From Azolla caroliniana (taxonomy: Eukaryota > Plantae > Polypodiophyta): 64,000 bases of DNA. The notes under the pieces were generated by a model. That model had not been told where the DNA came from. It ran no database searches and worked only from the letters and a program-made list of their open reading frames with translations. The translations under genes and the position numbers were made by a program. Where the stretch lies: the NCBI GenBank assembly GCA_043228905.1, contig JBHGNT010000006.1, forward strand, positions 10,602,001 through 10,666,000. The letters run 5' to 3'. Positions 37,201-50,033 of the stretch are shown here, piece by piece; the first letter of the stretch is position 1; each line of letters begins with the position of its first letter.

Positions 37201-39198
37201 AGCAAACTATATCCTAAATAGATGTATAACATTTGGAGTACATGAATTAACTCCTGAAGAATGTTTCTATGGCAGAAAGCCGAGTTTAGGACACTTAAAA
37301 GTGTTTGGATGCCTTGCCTATGTTCATGTACCTGCTAAAGTGAGAAGTAAGCTTGATCCAAAAGCTTGAAAATGTGTTCTTGTTGGATATTTAGAGGAGC
37401 AAAAAGGATATAGATGTTATAACCTTGTGACAAAAAAGATTGTGGTAAGCCTGATGTAATATTTGATGAGTTGGGCAGCTGGTACATCCCAAAAGGAAAT
37501 GTAGAAACTAATGAAGACAGAGAAAAATCTGAAAATGGAAGAGATTGCCATGGAAATGGAAGCAATGTTGGACAACAAAGTTCAACATCGATAGCATGTA
37601 CTGGACCATCAGGAAGCTCAGGTAGTAAATCTGAATCTAATGTTTGGAGTGGAAAAAATGCAGGACACAAAAAATATGATGATAGAAAGGGAAAATAGAA
37701 AATGCCAGAATATGAAATGCTTGATGATGGATCTAGAAACATGGACGATGTGGATTCAGATACATCATTCGATGATGAGTTTGGTATACAAGCCTTGAAA
37801 ATCCCTAGTATGGAAAAAGCAATGAAAGATGCAAATAAGAAACTGAGAAGATCAGATAGAGTGAAAAAGATTGTTGAAAGATTTGGTTATGACACATATA
37901 TGGCTATGCATTATGCATACATGTCTAAAGTGATAGAAATCCCTGATCCAAATAGTTTTGATGAAGCAAAATCTGATAAGAAATGGGTGAATGCAATGCA
38001 AGAAGAAATAGATGCATTGGCTGAAAACAGAACATGGGATTTGGTAAAGTTACTGAAAGGAAAAAATGTTGTAGGTTGCAAATGGGTCTACAAGACAAAG
38101 CATGATTCCAATGGAAATGTTAATAGACATAAAGCAAAACTTGTGGCAAAGGGATATGCCCAAATGCATGGATGATGAAACATTTGCACCGGTTGCAAAG
38201 ATGGCAACATTAAGAACACTACTTGTTGTGAGTGCAGCCAAAAGATGGGTTATGCACCATATGAAACAAGCACCAAGGGCATAGCATAAAGAACTTTCAG
38301 AATCTCTCAAAAAAATTTATTTCAAAATGTCAAAGGTTGATCCATCATTGTATGTAAAAAGGATAAATGATTGCATTGTTGTTATTTTAATTTATGCTGA
38401 TGATTTAATCATTGGAGGTGATTCCATGGATGAAATAAGCAAGCTGGAAAAAAATCTTGAAATGCAATTTCATATGAAGGATTTGGGAGAGCAGAGATAC
38501 TTTCTTGGCATTGAGATGATCAAATCTGAAAGTGGTATATATATGTTGCAAAAACAGTATGCAACAACTATGTTGAAGAAGTATGGTATGCTTGGATGCA
38601 AACCTATTGGTGTACCACTAGATAAGAACTACAAATTGAGGGCTGATTTGGGAGCCAAAATAGAAGATGTAAACATGTATAGGTCTACGGTGGGCAGCCT
38701 CATATATTTGACCATAACAAGACTTGATTTGAGTTATGTTGTTGGATTAGTCGGCCAGTTTATGTAACTGCCAGCAAAGCCACATTTGGACTGCATAAGA
38801 AGAATTTTGAGGTATGTAAAAGCTACTCAAAATTATGGACTGTTTTACAGGGCTGATTTGGACATAAAGCTGGAAGGATATACAGATGTTGATTGGGCTG
38901 GAAGCCAAACTGACCGAAGATCCACAAGTGGATATATGTTTACATTGGGGTAGCAAGAAACAAGCTATTGTTGCACTATCAAGTACTGAAGCTGAATATA
39001 GTGGAGAGGTATGGAGCAAAAGATTGCTTTCTGATTTGGGAGAGTATATAGATGGTGCAATCACAATTTGGTGTGACAATATGAGCAGCATTTAGTTGGC
39101 AAAAAACCCAGTGTTCCATGCAAGAACAAAGCACATTGAAGTGCATTATCACTTTGTTAGAGAAAAAGTGATTGATGGAGAAAAAGTGATTGATGGAG
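34229..39198 (+). mobile_element. AT-rich Ty1/copia element (family C): 5' LTR ~34229-35073 and gag-pol 35201-39198 with few disruptions; no 3' LTR
   Basis: PBS tggtatcaaggc at 35074. CWYCGKPSHTQAEC knuckle, WYVDSGASNH, FIDD, RSDGGEY, PQQNGVAER, YADD and ARTKHIEVHYHF motifs. Confidence 0.93.
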
Positions 39199-39352
39199 AC
39201 AGACATGAGTTCACTATATTTTCTCCCTTCTTTCATGCCCCATGGGTGGGGTTTAAATAGTACAAGATTTGATCAGACATTACAAAAAGCCGAATGGGGG
39301 TAGTTACACCTACACATTAACCCTCCCGTACACCTATACAGGTAACAAACTT

Positions 39353-39550
39353 GATTCTGAACACTATAATAGGAATATAGGCCCCTAACATCCTTTTGGA
39401 TTTCATCCGACTCGGCACACTTGAATCAAACTCTATTCGATTCGGCTCTCGGCTTCTTCAGCCGAATCGGGCCTATTCAATCGGTCTTCAACCGATTTGG
39501 CTCTCGGCTTCTTTAGCCGATTCGGCCCATATTGAGCTTGTCTCTCAGCA
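39353..39550 (-). mobile_element. Copia family A LTR fragment
   Basis: Minus strand begins tgctgagagacaagctcaa, like the family A LTR start. Confidence 0.6.
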
Positions 39551-40029
39551 CATCGTTTAAAACATAATCTCTTAGGACACAGACATAGAGTATAGGCAAA
39601 CAAAGTTACTATTAGGTGACTAACTCAATACAACCGATAAAAATTGTACAAAGCTTCATGCCCCTTTTTATGGGGAACATGGGCGGTTATGTCAAGAACG
39701 TAACCCGCTACTACTTCCTCTAATTACTATACATGCGTTATATTTGCTCATGTCGTTGCAACTTCCAATGAAAAATGTCCAATTCAAATTGCAAAGCATG
39801 CTACCACCTAACACGATCACTGGTTGATTTAGGTTCATCATAACATGAATGTTCACCAACATCTGTCAACATTATAAAATCCATAAGTTTATCAGATGGT
39901 ATGGAGACACGCATAGATCTTCTTAATTGTTACTGAGCAGGAATACTAACAAGTTGAGCATGATAAATCATCATGAACCTCATGATGTGGATGAGCATGT
40001 GTGGGAACATCTACATCAGTGTAAATATT

Positions 40030-40440
40030 CTTTTACAAACTAACAAAAGGTGTAATATCGTAAAATATCGCTTTTCTTACTTTTTCCTTTATTAGTTGCT
40101 TGTGCTTCTTCTTTTCATTGAAAACAACATCATCACTCTTGAGTGTAGTACACATGTTAGGATTCCATAAGCAATGTACAAATTGAACATTGATTTCATA
40201 ACCAAGAAAACTACATTTTTTACATTTATAATCCAAATTTTGTCTTAGTTGTTTTGGAACATGAGCATATGATTCTCATCCAAAAACTCTTAAATGATCA
40301 TATTGTGGTGCCTTGCTTGTCTCTTGTCCCTTGCTAGGAATATTAGGTGATAGATTAATCACATGAATTGCAGTCAAAAGAACATGTGCCCAAAAACCTT
40401 ATGATAGATTTGCATGATTGTTATGTGCATAAGCATAATT
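40030..40440 (-). mobile_element. Old copia integrase C-terminal fragment
   Basis: HVINLSP..YDHLRVFG..YAHVPKQLR..LDYKCKKCSFLGY. Confidence 0.75.
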
Positions 40441-41771
40441 GATCATGAAATAGAGTTTCTATTATGCACCCATAACGTAGGTGAGGGTAGGTCACTAATA
40501 TTACAAAGTGAAGGGTATGTTCACTAATGTTAGAACGGGACTAATGTGATTGGATAGGAGGAATGATATGCACATACACTAGCATGATCTATATGCATGT
40601 TGACCTTGCACTTAAACTTTTAAAGTTTGTGGTTTAGATAATTAAAGAATAATGTGTGTGCATGTGAATGTGGATATGAATGCGAAATGTGCATTTGTGA
40701 TTTATTGGTAGTATATGATGTTGTTAATGGTGGCTGAATAATCACATATTTGCAATGATATTAATGTTGATCACCCAACGTTAACAACTCTATAATTGAT
40801 TTATTGTGTTCCATTTGAGAATTTATTCACTATTTCCAATCATTTAGGGCATTTGTTATTTCAGTAATATAGTGAAAAGTTCGTTCCTTAGTGTGATGTC
40901 AGTATTATTAGAAATACGTTCGATCTTAGAATACTCAATAATAAAGGTCAATATCAAGGATTCAACCATCACAACAAACAATGGAGAAAATTTGAACGAA
41001 TAAAGATAAAGGTATTTTTTAAAAAAGAAAAAGAGCATACCACTTTACTCAAAGAAGACTAACAAGAGCATGCGACTTGTTGGAGCATGTGTTGGTCAAT
41101 GCCTAAGTCTATTAGTCATGTTTAATTGCAACATTCGATGAAACCTAAATCATATCTTAGCCTTCTTCTTCCTTTATTTATCTAGCTAATTACACTGTAT
41201 GTCCCACATTGTTTCATCATTATGTAATAATGGTAGAATGGAACCCATTAATGTGGCTTTATCATTTAGGAGAAGGTCACATTAATTATTGCCATATGTA
41301 ACCATTATCATTCACTTGACACGCCCTTATAACCTTCTTTTCCATATCTTCTACACTATGGTGTTCTGTTAAATGAACACATAAAATTCATCCTAATTCA
41401 AATTCATAATGACACAAGGCCTCATTTCTAGAATTTCTTGAGAGGTAAAACTACTTGGAGTGGCATAAGCATTGACATTTGTCACTCAATTTATAATACA
41501 TGTGTTGGTCTTTTTGAATCACACTAAGCGCAATACCTTCCCTGCCTTTGGAAGAATAGTTGCATATTCATGGAGCCAAATGGCATGACTAGTCATTAGA
41601 TTCATCGTACTCTATATTTCATAATTACTATGTTAGATAAAGATATATCAGTGCTTTTTTTAGATACCAACATAGCCTAGAAGACCAAAGGTGAGCTTAC
41701 ATCTTACAATGTTGTCTTGTCTTTGAGAGAGAGTGTGTGAGTGAATGAGGTTCCTAAAATGCAAATGAGAA

Positions 41772-42481
41772 CACATTAATGATGTGTACCATAAGTTGGT
41801 TGAAGATAGAGCTTGGTTAGCCAAGAAGGTTTTGGATACAAGGTACATTACTCGACATGTAAAGTGGTAGCGTAGAGTTTTAGATGCAGGGTGGCAGTCT
41901 CATCTTCCATTTCGTGCAAAGATGTTTCTTTGGCATGCCATAGTTGGTGGGTTGCCTTTCGTGATGGCCTTAAAACGAAGACATATTTCAAATGGGACAT
42001 GTTTTTTCTGTATGGTGGTGGAAGAAGATGCCAGACATAGGTTCATTACATGTCCGGTTGCTAAAGCCATTTGGGAGATTATATCACAAATTTGGCCATC
42101 GATAACAATAAATATTTTGTCACCTTATAAGTGGGTTTTTATTGATGAGGATAAAGCTATGCCCACACCATCATATAAGGTTGATTTTTACTACCTTAGA
42201 TATTGGGGGATGTGGTTTAGTTGGACCATGAGAAATGGGTTCTTGTTTGAAGGACTTCATGGCATGACACAACTACTCCGTAGGATGAAAGGGAAGTTGA
42301 TTTGGCAATTTTCACAATTATGTTGTACGGGGACGTTGTCCCAAGAGTAGATGGACTTATGTCACCTAGTTTTACAGAGAGGGTTTCCCGTGCACTATCA
42401 CTATTTATGAAGTAGTGAAGATAGCAAGGGTTGTATTATCATCTTGTTTTAATAACAAACATTGATTTACGAAAAATAAAA
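41772..42481 (+). mobile_element. 5'-truncated L1-type LINE (zf-RVT region)
   Basis: KMFLW..GLP..CFFC..EDARHRFITCPVAKAIW. A-rich 3' tail. Perfect 17-bp TSD taaaatgcaaatgagaa at 41755-41771 and 42482-42498. Confidence 0.92.
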
Positions 42482-43633
42482 TAAAATGCAAATGAGAAGA
42501 ATCTTTTCAGCCCAAAGAATAGCTTTAAAATATTCCGATGTATATGCTCCACGAATATACTTGATCTCCATCTACAAGAGCCTTTTTTTAACCTCAAACT
42601 ATAGGAGAAACTTTTACCTCAAAAGTTCTGAATCATAAAGTACATAAAATATCGATAAACCCTACGTGAAATAGCATGATTGAGGGCACTTGAATGCTTG
42701 GGTCCCAAATAAACACCTAAGATTACAAATGATGTCATTCCCATGGATGTTCAGATATAGATTACATTAGGGATTACAAAGTGTATTTGAAATTACCCAG
42801 CACAATCAATTCTGGTATCTACATATACATCAATTGTAACAATCCAGTTTAATGCTTTGCATCACATCCTACAATATCACCTTTATTGCTAAATGTTGTC
42901 CAAGAATATGAGAAATCAACTAGTTTAATCAGCAGTCCTGAGTCACCAAACTAACCAAACTCATCATTTTGTAACAACAATGAATTGACTATAGACAAAT
43001 CAAAACTCGTGTTATTACCAAACATCTTTCACATAAAAGTTAATATAATTATCTTGCAAAAACAAGGAATTCCTTTCACCCTATGGCTTAATCCATCATG
43101 TGATATCCTGAACATTAGCTTATTACTCCGTGTCGGATGCTCAATAAATGAGATAATCCATCATGTACCACATTGAATGGAGACTAATAGGTTTGTAGAT
43201 TCTACTCCAACATGTATATGTATATGTTTTCACAAACAGTGATACTACCCATGATGAAACAGATCTCTCAATGACCACCTGTTTTAAGTTAAATTTCTAC
43301 ACAATATGCACAATCAAAATAGCCCATAGAAAGAACAGATTATCATTAGAATACACAATGTATGTTAAAGAAATAAACATGGGTTTTTACAAATAGCATC
43401 GGAGCCACAAGAATGTCTAGTCAAAAACACATCACAAATCAAATGAATTTCCCCATGAACTTAACCAACAACAAGTGTGCACAACCAACATTGCCCATAG
43501 AATGAGCAAACAATAGTATACAATGTATACCTATAAAAATAGAGATGGGTTAACAAAAACACAAGAATCTCTACTGAATAGTAGACTTTATTTCTTTGGA
43601 GCCGATCATTTTTTGATTGGTCAAAAACATACT

Positions 43634-44083
43634 TCATTGCTCCGATCGACTCAAACACATTGGGTTATCAATGAAATTGTCTGCGGCAAAACTAGCTGAA
43701 AATGGTCCTACTTGAAACACAAGATCGTCTCCATTGACAGTGATTGCATCAATATTCCACCAAACATACAAAATATGGACCGAGATCCCGCTCAAATTCC
43801 TAAGCTTTTCAGGCGAGATTATACCTGAGATTTGAGAAGAATATCTCACTTCGTAGCTATTAGGGATATTGAATTTGCAAGTCTTTTCAAGGTGAAGCTT
43901 GAAAGCACCATCTGTATCTAGAGAGTAATCTTCTCCTGAATTCTCAACAATCCGTGGTAAAAGACCATCAGGGAATCCATAGCTTGCTAGAACTTCATAT
44001 GCTGTAGGGTTTTCTTCTGCTATAGCTATGGAGAGCCAAGCCATTGCCACAAAGCTCAGAAACACAAAAATGGAAGGCACCAT
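43634..44083 (-). CDS. DUF538-family secreted plant protein
   Basis: Hydrophobic signal peptide, then TAYEVLASYGFPDGLLP, YSLD..GAFKLHL..C, VRYSSQISG..LSGISVH..WWNI..DLVFQVG..SASF..F..P.C. Intact 149-aa ORF. Confidence 0.9.
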   Translation of the reverse strand: MVPSIFVFLSFVAMAWLSIAIAEENPTAYEVLASYGFPDGLLPRIVENSGEDYSLDTDGAFKLHLEKTCKFNIPNSYEVRYSSQISGIISPEKLRNLSGISVHILYVWWNIDAITVNGDDLVFQVGPFSASFAADNFIDNPMCLSRSEQ

Positions 44084-44089
44084 AGCTGA

Positions 44090-44242
44090 CTATGGACAAG
44101 CAAAACTTTGGGCTAAAAGAAAAAAAGACACAAAGAAGGACCAAAGTTAGGCGAAAGAGGAACCATTCTTATTGCGGAAAAAGATAAGAGGAAATCGTAA
44201 CCCTAATTGGGGAACGAAATGATAGGTTCAGAAGGAACGCAC
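44090..44242 (-). other. Probable 5'-UTR intron of the DUF538 gene
   Basis: Minus strand CAG|GTGCGT donor at 44242, T-rich body, ccatAG acceptor 6 nt before the ATG. Confidence 0.6.
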
Positions 44243-44388
44243 CTGCGTCGTGATGGGTTTTGGTGGGACTCGACAGAAGCTCACGAGTTTCTGCGCGATG
44301 GCGGAATCTCTGCGAAAAAGAGAAAAGGAAAAAAAGGAAGGAGCTAAAGGGAAAGTTAGGGAGATGTCTTAATTGGAAAGTGCAAGAA

Positions 44389-44652
44389 CAAGTTATGATT
44401 GATTAGATGTATGTACATAGATTTGTGTACATATTTGGAGCCACTTCCAAGGGCCGGGTGTCCCTCCAAGGAAGGCATATGTTAGTCGGCCATCTGATCT
44501 GCACGATCGACCATGACCAAGTTATGATTGATTAGAAGATTTATGTACATAGATATGTATGTATGTATTTGGAGCCACTTCCATGGGCCGGGTGTCCCTC
44601 GAAGGCAAGCATACGTTAGTCGGTCATCTGATTTGTGCAATCAACCATGGTC
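44389..44652. repeat. About 130-bp tandem duplication upstream of the DUF538 gene
   Basis: caagttatgattgattaga...tttggagccacttcca.gggccgggtgtccctc...gttagtcgg.catctgat occurs twice. Confidence 0.9.
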
Positions 44653-44687
44653 ACGGCCTCTGAATTGTTGCTCTTGGACGTCAACTG

Positions 44688-45218
44688 TGTTGGGAAACAG
44701 GTCCCTCCAGATGGGAAGAGTAGAGCCGGATCGAATAGAGAGTCGACAAGAAATTCGGCCATATTTGTAAATAGTCTTAATGTGCCCATGTGGACCATAT
44801 TTGTAAATAGCCCAGAAAGTTGTATTAGTATAAATACAACTAGGGCAAACTTTATGAAGTGTGTGTGTGAGTCATTATTGTTGTATAGTTACAGTGTGTA
44901 ATTGCCTTAGTAACTGAGAGTAAGAGAGAGAGTGAGAGTTAGCGAGTGAGTAACTCTAGAGCCGTATGTCTGACAAACGAGAGCTTAAGGTTGTTGCCTT
45001 GGAGCTTCTCGTTGTACTCCTCCCAAATATAGTGATTTGTTTTTTAGAGTTTGTGGACTCCACATGGTTTTTCCCATTTGCGTTTTTGACGTTAAAAATA
45101 CATGTGTCTCTGTACGTTCTGTTTTTTCGTTTTCTGTTTGCTTGCGTATTGCCTTTCACGTTCTTTGCACCTAAATATACATACGAGAAACCGATTGCTA
45201 CTGGTCATGATCCTAACA
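44688..45218 (+). mobile_element. Solo LTR related to copia family B
   Basis: TGTTGGGAAACAGGTCCCTC..CCTAACA with a perfect 5-bp TSD aactg. Confidence 0.9.
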
Positions 45219-46518
45219 AACTGTATAGTGTTCATTACTTTGTAGGGGAGTAAGGGGGTTCAAATGTAGTATTTGTTACTTTCCAATAGATGTTATTTCT
45301 CAGCCTATGTCCCTATTTTAAGGGTGAGCTTAGCACACACAAGAAAACGCGAATGGAAACAAATCTAGGACTAAAATGTTTTTATATTATATTATCAACT
45401 CAAAGCTTACAATAGTCACAAAATTGGGACAAAACCAAAACCCGGAGTTGGGGGACAAGTTGGGACAACTCCCAAAATTGAGCAAGGGAGAAGGGAGAGT
45501 GCCCCACACTCCTTGAGCAAATGCAAGTGGGAAAATGAGGAAATGATCCTCCTTCTATAGGGCTATAGATGGTTGTTGGGACTAGTTGTTGGATAGTCCC
45601 TTCAGACTACTTGTTCAGATAGAGTTGGGATAGACCAGGGTAGTGCCCTTTTTGGGACTAGGATTCAAAGGCTCCTTGGTGAGTCCTAGTCAATTTTGGG
45701 GCAAGGACACCACACACTTGGTGCACTCTCAAACCGAAATGTTCATTGGTAAAAATATTGAACAACAATGTCTCATTTTTCGACTCCACATCCTAGTACA
45801 TGGAAATCGTTCATTTTGTCCCATACACCATATTTAACCTTTGAGTAAGACAAACTAAATCCTGAGAGGTAAATTCATCTTTGACTTTTTCCCTTTCTGT
45901 TAAGTATCTGACACCTAGCTCAACAATGATGGATAATGCGGCACCAACGAAGGACAAAGAGCTCAATTAGCCATAGGAAATGGGTGATAGAAGAAGACAA
46001 ATAGGAAGCAATGTAGTCCAATGGACAAACCTAATGTGAAAGGAAGGCATCCACTTTGTAAAAAGCTATAAAAGCCACCTTTTGGTGTCTTTTGTAGCTC
46101 TTCTTCATTCTTAGGATTTCTCTTTTTCGTTAGTATACTAACAACTCCTCTTCTATCTCCCTAATCTTTCACTCGAGTTTAGAGAGATTAGGGTTAAGAG
46201 CTAAGTAAGCCAAACCCTAACATCTCCTTGTATGGTGTTAAACTTCCTTATATGAAGAAGTGTTAATAATAATATTATATAGTCTTGTGTAAGAGAGAAT
46301 AAAGCATGAGAGAGAATGAGAGATTAAGTACTACTCTGTAAAAGCTAAGCAAGCTATCAACTTGAAGGTGTTCGACAACCACTAACCCCCGATTCACCAC
46401 CAAGAGGGTATACATCGGTCCGGACCCAAAGCTAAGGACATTGACATAAGGCAAACTCCATCGATTTATAGAAGTGTTTTCGTGAGTCACACGAAAAAGA
46501 CAGTCTCCTATAATTAAT

Positions 46519-49500
46519 TGTTGGGAATTTAGTCCCTCTAGATGAGAACCGGTCGAACTGAAGGAAGGAAACGCATCGGACGGATCTGGAAGGTATCCAG
46601 ATGAATCCGGTGTGAACTAGATCCAGGGACATATATGTAAATATGTTTCTAGAGGGCATGGCATGGCCATATTTGTAAATAGTCCTAAAGTCATATAAGT
46701 AGAAATAGGACTTAAGGCAATCACTAGTTATAATGTGTGTGTGGAGATACTGTTGTATAGACACAATGAGAGCTTAAGAGAGAGAGAGAGAGTGCGATAT
46801 ACATAACGTTTTTTTGTTGTAACCACTGGTTGGCAAAGACATAGAGCTCGATGTCATTGCCTCTGAGTCTCTCATTATATCCTCTTCTTATAGTGATAGT
46901 TGGAGTCTGTGGGCTCCCGTGGTTTTTCCCTATTAGGGTTTTCCACGTTAACATCTTATGTCTATTTTATTTCTATTTTCTGTTTCTTTTCTCTCTTCCA
47001 TTGAGTGTTTAAGACTTGGTTAAGGTCGAGCACCATTTTTCGCACAATCCAGTATCAGAGCGAACAACAGATGGAAGAGTCATTCGGAAGAATGTTCAAG
47101 CTTACCGGCTCCCACTATCCAGTGTGGAAGTCAAAGATGAGGGACATGCTCATGGTCAAAGATCTCTGGATGTCGGTACAATTCAGGGACAAGAAACTGG
47201 ACAAGATTGACACCACGACATGGGAGGTGATGCATATGTAGATGATAGTATACATCCGGTGGTTCATCAACATTAGCATGTACAACAACTTTAATGAAGA
47301 AAGTAAGGCACATGTGCTCTGGGAGAAAATCGGTACCATGCTGGAGAGCAAGAACGTCGTAAATCAGGTTTTGGTATTCTGGAAGTTAGTGAGACTTCGG
47401 TACGAAGACGGATCCAACATGGCGGAGCACATGAATGCTTTCTAGGGGCTCATAAATCAAATAACCTCGCTTGAAGTACCTCTAACCAAGCTTGTTAGAT
47501 GAAGAAGCTTGCCGGAAGGACTGGGAATCCGGAACCGATCCGAAGGCCTTGCTCACGGAAGATGACCATAACTGGGGAATAGGCCGGAATCGGAGTCCCC
47601 AGAACCAGGACAAATCGGGGATGAGGTCAAACTCAAGAGGAAGGCCCATGTGCTTTTATGCAGAAAGTCGGGGCACTTCCGGAAGGAGAAAGGAACCGAC
47701 AGTGCCGACTCGAAGAAGACTCTGGACCGGAGGAATTCATATCGGAAAGGAACATCGGCAATCGCGACAAGTGAAGAAGAACTATTGCTAATCATAGAGG
47801 ATAGTGAGATGCATCTTGTCAATGACAAAACAACATGGGTGGACGACTCCGATGCGTTGTTCCATCTGACACCCGACTAGAAGTGCTTCGCATTGTACAG
47901 AGTTGGAGATCTCGATTCTGTCCGGATGGGAAATGAAGGTGCATGCCAAATTGTCGGCATAGGAGACGTGTGGTTGACGGTGTCAACTAGGTGCAAGTTG
48001 CTGCTGAGAGATGTTTGACACGTTCCGGAGGTTCAGTTGAACCTGATATCAGCCGGTCAGCTAGATAATGAAGGCTACACGCGTAGCATCCAAAATGAAG
48101 TCATGAAGTTTAGCAAAGGAAGCCTGATTGTGGATCGAGCCCGGAAGATCAACACACTATACCTGTACCTGATGCATACCCGGATCTACCGGGAGGAAGT
48201 GAACGTGGCATTCGAAAATGCCGGTGAGTTGTGGCACAAGAGGTTGTGTCACATGAGCCAGAAAGGGATGAGAAGACTTGCCGAAGATAACCTCATTCCG
48301 GAGGTGAAAGATGTGTATCTTGAGAAGTGCACCAATTGCTTGGTCGACAAGCAGAACCAAACCTCTTTTCGGTCGAGACCACCGTTGAGACAGAATGCAC
48401 TGTTGGAACTTGTGCATACTAATGTATGCCAAGTGGACACGAAGTCACATGCCGGATCATAGTAATTCGTCACGTTCATAGAAGACCACAGTCGGAAGTT
48501 GTGGGTCTCACCACTGAAGACAAAGGACCACGTATTATCCGTCTTCAAGGACTTCCACACGAGAGTTGAAAGAGAAACCGGCCGAAAGCTGAAGGCAGTT
48601 TGAGCGGACAACATAGGAGAATATTGGGGGCAGTTCGAGGAGTATTGTCAGTTGAAGGGAATCCAGCTCGAATTCACCGTGCCGAAGACACCAGAGCTAA
48701 ATGGATTGGCCGAAAGGATGAACCAGACCATAATGGAGAGAGTTTGTAGCATGTTGGCACATGCTAAATTGTCCAAGACGTTTTGGGCTGATCCGCTGAT
48801 GACGGCGATGTACGTGATTAACAGATCACCCTCAACACCCTTGGACGGAGACACACCACAAAGAGTATGGACCGGTAAAGACGTGTCTTACCGGCATCTG
48901 AAGGTGTTCGGTTGTCTTGCATACGTGCATGTTGCAAAGGACAAGAGAGCAAAGTTGGATCTGAAGGCCCGACCATGCATATTCCTTAGATACGGCGATG
49001 ATGAGTTCAGCTACCGAGTGTGGGACTTGGTCGGCAAGAAGGTGTTCTGGAGTTGAGACATAGTCTTCATGAAAGACAAGACTATTGCCGATTGGGAGTC
49101 GGAGAAGAAGATAGTGCACTCCGGATGTCAAACGAGGACCATGATGAACTGGCTGGATTCGGACAAAGACCCGAACCGACCGAAGAAGAATCGGACACCG
49201 GAACCGAACAAGACCCTGAATCGTATTTGGACGAAGAACAAACGGAGGAATCGGTGGCCGAAGACCAAGGAAGAAGATATCCCCTCAGGGAGAGAAGAGC
49301 CCCCTGGAGATTTCCGGATGCAAAGCATGTGTTGCTGACCGACAAGGGGGAGCCGGAAAGCTTTGAAGAAGCAAAGAAAGACACCCACAACCGCAAGTGG
49401 TTAAGTGCCATGTACGATGAGATGGATTCTTTACATGAGAACCACACATATGAATTGAAGGAGCTGCCGAAAGGAAAGCGAGCGCTCCGGAACAAGTGCG

Positions 49501-50033
49501 TGTACAAGCTGAAATCAGGAGACGTCGAAAATCCACCAACGTACAAAGCCCGCATTGTGGGTAAGGGTTTCGAGCAGAAGAAGGGAGTGGATTTCGACGA
49601 GATCTTTGCCCCAGTAGTAAAGATGACATTCATCCGGACTGTGTTGAGCATAGTGCCAAGCATGGAACTCGAGGTCGAGCAGCTAGATGTCAAGACGCCG
49701 TTCCTGCAGGTGACCTCGAAGAAGAGATCGACATGCAACAACCGGAGGGATTTGTCAAGAAAGGGAAGGAATGCATGGTATGCCGGTTGAAGAAGAGCTT
49801 ATACGGACCGAAGCGAGTTCCCCGATAATGGTACCGAAAGTTCGACTCCTTCATGACCGATCAAGGATATGACAAGACGCAGGCCGACCATTGTGTATTT
49901 GTGAAGAATTTCGATGAAGGAGACTTCCTGATACTCCTGCTATATGTGGATGACATGGTGATCGTCGGACCGGACCGGGCCAAAATCGGGAATCTGAAGA
50001 AGGCCATGAGACAGACCTTTTCAATGAAAGATT
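46519..50033 (+). mobile_element. Copia family B element, copy 1 (LTR, gag-PR-INT-RT partial)
   Basis: LTR 46519-~47046 and mutated PBS agtatcagagc. MEESFGRMFKL gag, WHKRLCHMS, TPELNGLAER, DFDEIFAPVVK and LLYVDD motifs. Confidence 0.92.

Larger units (their letters stand above)
31418..39347 (-). mobile_element. Ty3/gypsy-type element: LTR 31418-31761 and partial LTR ~39196-39347, carrying a nested copia
   Basis: Direct repeat ending cacctatacaggtaaca at both ends. TSD agctt/aactt. tRNA-like motif at 31764-31803. Confidence 0.75.

Noticed and set aside
45291-46490. Possible additional LTR(s)
   Set aside because: LTR-like composition, but no partner repeat, TSD or PBS could be established
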